In this document: piece by piece, positions 55,592-64,000 of the stretch
How the letters are laid out: the number at the start of each line of letters is the position of its first letter
Numbering within the stretch: the first letter of the stretch is position 1
Source: Eledone cirrhosa
Lineage: Eukaryota
DNA length: 64,000 nucleotides
Reading direction: 5' to 3'
Assembly (NCBI GenBank): GCA_964016885.1
Contig: OZ024743.1
Coordinates: 306,900,001-306,964,000 of the forward strand
The notes under the pieces: model-generated
Told to the model about the DNA's origin: nothing
Databases searched by the model: none
What the model saw: the letters and a program-made list of their open reading frames with translations, nothing else
Position numbers and translations under genes: made by a program

Positions 55592-56021
55592 CACATGCAT
55601 ATATACATATATATCTACATGCATACATACATACACGTATGCATGCATTCATACATACACATATACACACATACATACACATACACTCACACACAGAAAC
55701 ACCTGTACATACTTATACACACATATGCATGCACACATACACACGTGCGCACACACATTTACACGTACACATATGCACATGTAAACACACATAGAAACAC
55801 AGACTTACACAGACAGGTTTCACAAACACATCACACACATTCTCACACTCGAACACATACATTCACACGCTTGCACATATGGATTCACGAACACACACTC
55901 ATACATTATCAACGTATCTACCTATTATTGTAACAGTGACATAAGGGTCGCGCCCTTGCCCCTTTGCAAAGACACCGAGACTAGTGCGAGTCGCGAGAAG
56001 TTATTTATCTATCCATAGCTT

Positions 56022-56108
<87 letters not shown>

Positions 56109-56772
56109 TTGGTGTGGGATGCTTAAAGCGTCCGTAAGTGGTAGGCTGTTTGAACACTCGATGCCCTTACAGAGCAGAGTATAATATCACATAAGAAACG
56201 GAGAATCAGTGTTGCGACGAATAAAATTTATTAGACATATTACAATCGTTTCTCTGGCGACCAGCTCGAGGTACGATCGATGTAATGATCGAACCTGACT
56301 CTGAAATCGCAAGGTCCTCAGATACGTCGCGATTCTACGAAGCAGAGTTTCCAAATGTCCAGTTACACACGCGGCCTTCACTCGGCAGCTTAGATCCTGT
56401 TGTTGTCATTCTATGAGTATTTTTGGCCACTCATGGCCGTCCTATATTTGGTTCCTTTCATTTGCCACCTGTCAACCAAAGTTGTTTCTTAAATCGGAAT
56501 TACTACTGTAGGAGGTAAGGGGTTGTATGATTGAACCGCTCGCGCCCTGTCGTCGCCTTCTCAGCCTGTAGGCGCCCACACCCATGTCCATGTTTCGCGC
56601 AGGCGTGATACATATGGGCACTTATACACCATCAGCGATCACGTACACCCGTAACTGTATTATATGCGACAATCACAGTAAATATTGAATGTGCAGCGAA
56701 TACTTAGAAAGAATTTTGCACAGGTTGTACTGGGTTACATGTTACATATAGCGCTGAAGAACGACTGACATA

Positions 56773-56885
<113 letters not shown>

Positions 56886-57155
56886 ATGCGAGACAAACCA
56901 CAACAGAAACACAAACCCTCCATCTCAATTTTACTTTTGAAAAGAATAAGAACTGTGAAACCGGTAAAGTAAATAAATATATATTCTTAAAAGGCTCCAG
57001 TTGCATTTTCGATTTCTTTTCCTTGACTCATTTTTTTATTTTGTTTTGTTTTTTAAACTCTTTTTCTTTTATATATATACCTGTTATTTTTCTTTAAAAA
57101 CTTTTTTCCAATACCACCCCGCCCGTCCTTTCAATCTTTCTAATTTCTCATTCTT

Positions 57156-57191
57156 TCTTCTTGTGAAGGAGTAGCGTCCGAAATGTTAAGA
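57156..57191 (+). ncRNA. Degenerate HHR of the 39947 family
   Basis: tctt-CTTGTGA-aggagtagcgtcc-GAAA-tgtt-aaga. Confidence 0.4.
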
Positions 57192-57256
57192 CCCTCTTAC
57201 TATATTCCTTCCATATACTGTACCAATTGTGTTGTTATTTATGTTTACCTTTTACA

Positions 57257-57770
57257 TGATGGCTGCAAACTCTGCTAAGAGAATTGCAATCACGTGTCAG
57301 ATTATAGAGTTTGGTGCACTTTTAGGCTACGGCAAGCCACACGAACCTGTAACATATCCTGAACAAACAATGCCTGTGCTTTGAACATTTTTTTAAGTGG
57401 GGAAAGGCGTTGCACTCGACCAAACCCACTCTCTGAACATCGAAAACACTACCCGAAAAGCGGAATTGGTCAACATCATCGGATGCTTCCGAAATCGCAA
57501 GTTTATTTTCAGAGTTCCCCTCTCTTAGAAGGCTGTTGTGACAACAACTGGGGGCCTTTCACTCCCAGGTTAAAAAAACAAAATTCCTATTTGGATGGCC
57601 GTTGACTCTGCCAAGTTCCTCCGCCCTTTACTGGGTTTTGTATTTCATCCCGCAGGGTATCCAAATATGACCGTCCCCACCAAGCTTGCCGGTTTAGTCA
57701 CCGACGACCCGACCATGAGACAGGTTGTACTGGGTTACATGTTATCAGTAGCCCTCGAGAGCGACCTGAT
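57257..57770 (-). mobile_element. RTE-related SINE-like element
   Basis: Family match. Confidence 0.65.
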
Positions 57771-58004
57771 ACAGTCACTTTTACATACATACACATATAT
57801 ATATATATAAATATATTGATATATATGTGTGTATGTGTGTGTGTGTGTGTGTTTCAAATAATGAAAATAAAACAAATGGCGAAGATAGGTACTTGTTTTA
57901 TGATTCTTTCAGCAGGTTGATTGATAAATTGATATATTGACAGTGGTTATGCCACCAGATATTACTAGTCTCAATATTTCAGACACACCTCATCCTATTC
58001 CCAA

Positions 58005-58349
<345 letters not shown>

Positions 58350-58962
58350 CAGTCAGTCGATTGACTTTCGTCAAATCGGACCGAGGAAACAATGTTTCCA
58401 TTGGTCTTTCCAATTGCTAATACTATCGGTCGCAACTCCAGGTAGAAGGAGCAATGTGAAATAAAGTGTCTGAAATAACGTATCCCCTGGTCTGGGAATC
58501 GAACTCTCTACCTCACGATAGCTAATCAAATTATTTAAGCACTGAGCCACGCACCTGATTATATATAATCAAAATTTAGCTTTGATATAGCTGTATACAT
58601 ACATGTATGTGACTTTCATATATCTAAAGATATACGGTATGTTTGTGAAATAAACATGTTGAATGCCCAGCTATGAATAGAAGGCTGGTGGCCAGCGCTC
58701 TCTAGCGGATTCCAGCAGAAGCAGCGGAGTATAATTTTCTATGCATTTCGAACTTAATGGTTCTCATAAGGACAATGCTTTCCCTTATTTTTAAACTAAT
58801 TTCCAAATTACCTGCCTTTATTTAAACTCTCAAGTTATATTTCTGAAAGGAAATCACATTCAACCTCCGGCAGCCATCTTTATTTTTACTCTTCTTATGA
58901 CAGGCTGAATGAGTTGGGTCCAGTACCCAACGAATCTTAATTACCTATTTATGTCACTTTTG

Positions 58963-59004
<42 letters not shown>

Positions 59005-59292
59005 CAAATAACGAAACGAAATTAAATTTCGTTTCGTTTGTAACTCACTTTTGTATGACTGACGCTTAAACAATTAAGTTAAAAATGTACATCCACATAT
59101 GTATACTGAAATACTAGTATGCATATGAATACACACACGTATACATATGTAGATGTACCGAGTTTTTCACTGGTCACTTCACTGTGAGTGTCCAGCTATT
59201 CTGTATGCAAACACACAGACAAACCGGTTTTTAGAGTCATACTGGTTTTTGAGGAAACACCTTTCCTCTATTCTCCAGAAAGCCAGACAAGG

Positions 59293-59337
59293 AATATTGA
59301 ACTAGTTTCGATGTTGTTACATCTCATCAGCAATATT
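59293..59337 (-). ncRNA. Minimal type I HHR (also 59759-59803, 60225-60269, 60691-60735, 61157-61201)
   Basis: aatattg-CTGATGA-gatgt-aaca-acatc-GAAA-CTAGT-T-caatatt. Confidence 0.9.
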
Positions 59338-61754
59338 TACCTATCTTCCGGCCTCTCTAGAGAAACGTAAAAGCACATATCGTTATATGCTTTTTCTATG
59401 AAAATTAGTAGTGGGCAGACTAATTTGCATAGAGCATGAGTACGTACCGGTTCAACGGAGACGATAAAAACAAATAACGAAACGAAATTAAATTTCGTTT
59501 CGTTTGTAACTCACTTTTGTATGACTGACGCTTAAACAATTAAGTTAAAAATGTACATCCACATATGTATACTGAAATACTAGTATGCATATGAATACAC
59601 ACACGTATACATATGTAGATGTACCGAGTTTTTCACTGGTCACTTCACTGTGAGTGTCCAGCTATTCTGTATGCAAACACACAGACAAACCGGTTTTTAG
59701 AGTCATACTGGTTTTTGAGGAAACACCTTTCCTCTATTCTCCAGAAAGCCAGACAAGGAATATTGAACTAGTTTCGATGTTGTTACATCTCATCAGCAAT
59801 ATTTACCTATCTTCCGGCCTCTCTAGAGAAACGTAAAAGCACATATCGTTATATGCTTTTTCTATGAAAATTAGTAGTGGGCAGACTAATTTGCATAGAG
59901 CATGAGTACGTACCGGTTCAACGGAGACGATAAAAACAAATAACGAAACGAAATTAAATTTCGTTTCGTTTGTAACTCACTTTTGTATGACTGACGCTTA
60001 AACAATTAAGTTAAAAATGTACATCCACATATGTATACTGAAATACTAGTATGCATATGAATACACACACGTATACATATGTAGATGTACCGAGTTTTTC
60101 ACTGGTCACTTCACTGTGAGTGTCCAGCTATTCTGTATGCAAACACACAGACAAACCGGTTTTTAGAGTCATACTGGTTTTTGAGGAAACACCTTTCCTC
60201 TATTCTCCAGAAAGCCAGACAAGGAATATTGAACTAGTTTCGATGTTGTTACATCTCATCAGCAATATTTACCTATCTTCCGGCCTCTCTAGAGAAACGT
60301 AAAAGCACATATCGTTATATGCTTTTTCTATGAAAATTAGTAGTGGGCAGACTAATTTGCATAGAGCATGAGTACGTACCGGTTCAACGGAGACGATAAA
60401 AACAAATAACGAAACGAAATTAAATTTCGTTTCGTTTGTAACTCACTTTTGTATGACTGACGCTTAAACAATTAAGTTAAAAATGTACATCCACATATGT
60501 ATACTGAAATACTAGTATGCATATGAATACACACACGTATACATATGTAGATGTACCGAGTTTTTCACTGGTCACTTCACTGTGAGTGTCCAGCTATTCT
60601 GTATGCAAACACACAGACAAACCGGTTTTTAGAGTCATACTGGTTTTTGAGGAAACACCTTTCCTCTATTCTCCAGAAAGCCAGACAAGGAATATTGAAC
60701 TAGTTTCGATGTTGTTACATCTCATCAGCAATATTTACCTATCTTCCGGCCTCTCTAGAGAAACGTAAAAGCACATATCGTTATATGCTTTTTCTATGAA
60801 AATTAGTAGTGGGCAGACTAATTTGCATAGAGCATGAGTACGTACCGGTTCAACGGAGACGATAAAAACAAATAACGAAACGAAATTAAATTTCGTTTCG
60901 TTTGTAACTCACTTTTGTATGACTGACGCTTAAACAATTAAGTTAAAAATGTACATCCACATATGTATACTGAAATACTAGTATGCATATGAATACACAC
61001 ACGTATACATATGTAGATGTACCGAGTTTTTCACTGGTCACTTCACTGTGAGTGTCCAGCTATTCTGTATGCAAACACACAGACAAACCGGTTTTTAGAG
61101 TCATACTGGTTTTTGAGGAAACACCTTTCCTCTATTCTCCAGAAAGCCAGACAAGGAATATTGAACTAGTTTCGATGTTGTTACATCTCATCAGCAATAT
61201 TTACCTATCTTCCGGCCTCTCTAGAGAAACGTAAAAGCACATATCGTTATATGCTTTTTCTATGAAAATTAGTAGTGGGCAGACTAATTTGCATAGAGCA
61301 TGAGTACGTACCGGTTCAACGGAGACGATAAAAACAAATAACGAAACGAAATTAAATTTCGTTTCGTTTGTAACTCACTTTTGTATGACTGACGCTTAAA
61401 CAATTAAGTTAAAAATGTACATCCACATATGTATACTGAAATACTAGTATGCATATGAATACACTCGGTACATCTACATATGTATACGTGTGTGTATTCA
61501 TATGCATACTAGTATTTCAGTATACATATGTGGATGTACATTTTTAACTTAATTGTTTAAGCGTCAGTCATACAAAAGTGAGTTACAAACGAAACGAAAT
61601 TTAATTTCGTTTCGTTATTTGTTTTTATCGTCTCCGTTGAACCGGTACGTACTCATGCTCTATGCAAATTAGTCTGCCCACTACTAATTTTCATAGAAAA
61701 AGCATATAACGATATGTGCTTTTACGTTTCTCTAGAGAGGCCGGAAGATAGGTA

Positions 61755-61799
61755 AATATTGCTGATGAGATGTAACAACATCGAAACTAGTTCAATATT
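61755..61799 (+). ncRNA. Minimal type I HHR in the inverted arm
   Basis: Same fold; predicted cleavage after 61792 (GUU). Confidence 0.9.
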
Positions 61800-62480
61800 C
61801 CTTGTCTGGCTTTCTGGAGAATAGAGGAAAGGTGTTTCCTCAAAAACCAGTATGACTCTAAAAACCGGTTTGTCTGTGTGTTTGCATACAGAATAGCTGG
61901 ACACTCACAGTGAAGTGACCAGTGAAAAACTCGGTACATCTACATATGTATACGTGTGTGTATTCATATGCATACTAGTATTTCAGTATACATATGTGGA
62001 TGTACATTTTTAACTTAATTATATATATATACATAATAGAAAAAACGAACAAGTTTCGTTTACATATGAAAAATATTTATTGCGTATCGACCTGTTACGC
62101 GCGTTTCGCATAGGGTTGGCTCAAGGTGGCCCATAGGTGTTATGAACCCGACTCCAGTATCGATCTGTCCTCAGTATTTCACCGTACTAGCTAGACTTTA
62201 TATATATATATATATATATTTATCACTTATTTTTTATCATTTATTTTGTTTTGACCTGTTTAGCTTGATTTAGTTTTTGGCTTGGGTGGTTAATGCTTTC
62301 TTGACCACCTTTTCAGTTTTGTATGGCTTCTTAACACATTGTTTAGCTCTGGTTTTTAACTATTGAGCACTTTGCCAGTATCATTTCTGATTTTTGCGTT
62401 TCGCTTCGCTTTTCCTGCCCGCCGAAAATGCGATTCTCGCTGAATCTTTATTTGTATATATATATATATATATATATATA

Positions 62481-64000
62481 ATAAATAATAATAATAATGA
62501 AATTATTGTGTAGAATGCTCAGGTGCACTACAACTCATCAAAGATGCATGTATAGTACATAGAATAATGTACAAATGTCAGGAAAATGAACAGTGTATGA
62601 GTCATGATATAATAACAATAACAATAATGAAATATTGTGTACAGTGCCCAGGTGCACCACAACTCATCAAAAAAGTGCATGTACAGTACATAGGGCAATG
62701 CGCAAACATCAGTAAAATGAACAGTGCACGAGTCATGATACACACATGTGTGCATGTGTATGGAAGGGGTACATCAGGTGTAGTTTTGGCGTATTTCGGG
62801 AAGCATGAGTGTCTTAAAGGATGCAGTGTCTCGGCAGCTAACAATTGACGCAGGCAGTTTGTTCCATGCTTCAGCAACTCTGAGCGTGAAAAAATGTCTG
62901 CGAAAGTCATGGGAGCTGTGCTGTTTTCTTATCTTGTAGGCATGTCCACGTGTGTTAGACACATGGAGATCAAAGAGGCGCTCAGGGTTGCAGTTGGCGA
63001 GATGGTTAAAAACTTTGTGGGTATTCACCAAGTCCATTGCCAGACGTCGGAGCTTCAATGAATCCATGCCCAGGGAAGCAAGGCGTTCAGAGTATGGTAG
63101 GTGTCTGGTGGAGGGTATGCGCTTGGTTGCACGTCTCTGAACAGTTTCCAGGAGGTCAATGTTCCGAGCAAGATAGGGGTTCCAGACTGATGATGCGAAT
63201 TCCAAGTGTGGTCGCACCATAGCTGTATACAGTTTTAAATAGATGGCTGGAGAGCGGCTAACAAAGGTCTTGCTGAGTGATGCCAAGACACCCTCGGCCT
63301 TCTTGACAATCTTAGAGACATGCTTTGTCCAACGCAAATCGTTGCTGACAGTAATGCCCAGGTCACGTTCACAAGAGGACTTTTTGATGTCAGTGTTGTG
63401 GAGGGAGTATGTGGATGCTGGATTTTTCCTTCCAAAATGCATGGTGGTACACTTGTCCACAGCCAGCTTCAGTTGCCAGTCTGTGATCCATTGCTGCATT
63501 GTGTCCAGGTCTGATTGTAGGAAAGAGTTGTAAATTTCAGGATCAGTCCTTTTGATTTCAAGGTACAGCTTGATGTCATCTGCATATTTTAGTACCGTGG
63601 CATTCTGTAAGTTGGCATCTATGTCATTAATATATGCCACAAACAAAAGAGGACCAAGAATAGATCCCTGTGGTACACCAGATGACATCTCATATGGTGA
63701 AGAATGCTGTCCTAGAACCGTGACTACTTCCTTTCGGCTGAGAATGAAGGATTTCAGCCAGTCGAAAAGATCATCCCTCACACCCATTGCAGAGAGTTTT
63801 GCCAAAAGTCTTTTGTGTGGCACAGAATTAAAAGCCTTAGCAAAGTCAAGGTAAACAACATCCACCCATGAGCCGCTGTCAGTGATCCGGGTGATGTCCT
63901 CAAGGAACTCGATAAGCTGATCACAGCAGCTGGAGTTAGGGATAAATCCAAACTGTGAGGGCCGGATGAGGCTGTGAGAGCTCCAGAAGTTCCAAAGTGT
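62481..64000 (-). mobile_element. CR1-clade LINE, 3' portion with (ATT)n tail
   Basis: RT ORF, 3'UTR and tail; continues beyond the window. Confidence 0.85.
62774..64000 (-). CDS. CR1-type reverse transcriptase, C-terminal part (open at the window edge)
   Basis: YLDFAKAFNSVPH, SGVPQGSILGPLLF, YADDIK, ERDLGI, VRPHLEF, LETVQRRATK, TRGH. Confidence 0.88.
   Translation of the reverse strand, partial: TLWNFWSSHSLIRPSQFGFIPNSSCCDQLIEFLEDITRITDSGSWVDVVYLDFAKAFNSVPHKRLLAKLSAMGVRDDLFDWLKSFILSRKEVVTVLGQHSSPYEMSSGVPQGSILGPLLFVAYINDIDANLQNATVLKYADDIKLYLEIKRTDPEIYNSFLQSDLDTMQQWITDWQLKLAVDKCTTMHFGRKNPASTYSLHNTDIKKSSCERDLGITVSNDLRWTKHVSKIVKKAEGVLASLSKTFVSRSPAIYLKLYTAMVRPHLEFASSVWNPYLARNIDLLETVQRRATKRIPSTRHLPYSERLASLGMDSLKLRRLAMDLVNTHKVFNHLANCNPERLFDLHVSNTRGHAYKIRKQHSSHDFRRHFFTLRVAEAWNKLPASIVSCRDTASFKTLMLPEIRQNYT

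Larger units (their letters stand above)
59001..62020. mobile_element. Retrozyme-like array: 466-bp unit x ~5.3 plus inverted ~1.2 units, one HHR per unit
   Basis: Units start at 59001, 59467, 59933, 60399, 60865 and 61331; inversion at ~61463; (TA)n flanks; no real ORF. Confidence 0.9.

Noticed and set aside
59188-59370. Repeated 60-aa ORF MSSYSVCK.. in each array unit
   Set aside because: GTG start, antisense to the ribozyme, and no recognisable motif.
59001-61464. CRISPR array or plain satellite
   Set aside because: No unique spacers, eukaryotic context, and an HHR plus PLE-type inversion explain it better.

Overview
Repeat-dominated eukaryotic DNA, probably an octopus/cephalopod genome (inferred from a tRNA-derived SINE with a MetaSINE-like core and from the microsatellite spectrum). 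No host protein-coding gene could be supported; nearly all track ORFs are microsatellite artefacts. Real coding content is retrotransposon-derived: Penelope-like elements (PLEs, with Naiad-type RT/GIY-YIG), R4/Dong-type RLE LINEs sitting in (TACA)n, a CR1-type RT, and Tx1-like and RTE-like fragments. There are also SINEs and a hAT MITE. The main result is a dense set of hammerhead ribozymes (HHRs) folded by eye: roughly 25 complete, degenerate or half motifs from about 10 families, mostly minimal type I with a palindromic stem III. They lie in PLE pseudo-LTRs and in non-coding elements with a shared architecture: insertion in (TA)n, a fold-back, and one arm carrying an extra 3' tail. The best example is a 466-bp x ~5.3 near-identical tandem array plus an inverted 1.2-mer (59001-62020), with one HHR per unit. 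It looks like a retrozyme copied by rolling-circle reverse transcription of a circular RNA. A second, 777-bp array has the same layout but carries the HHR core halves in permuted order. Ribozyme activity is inferred, not tested.
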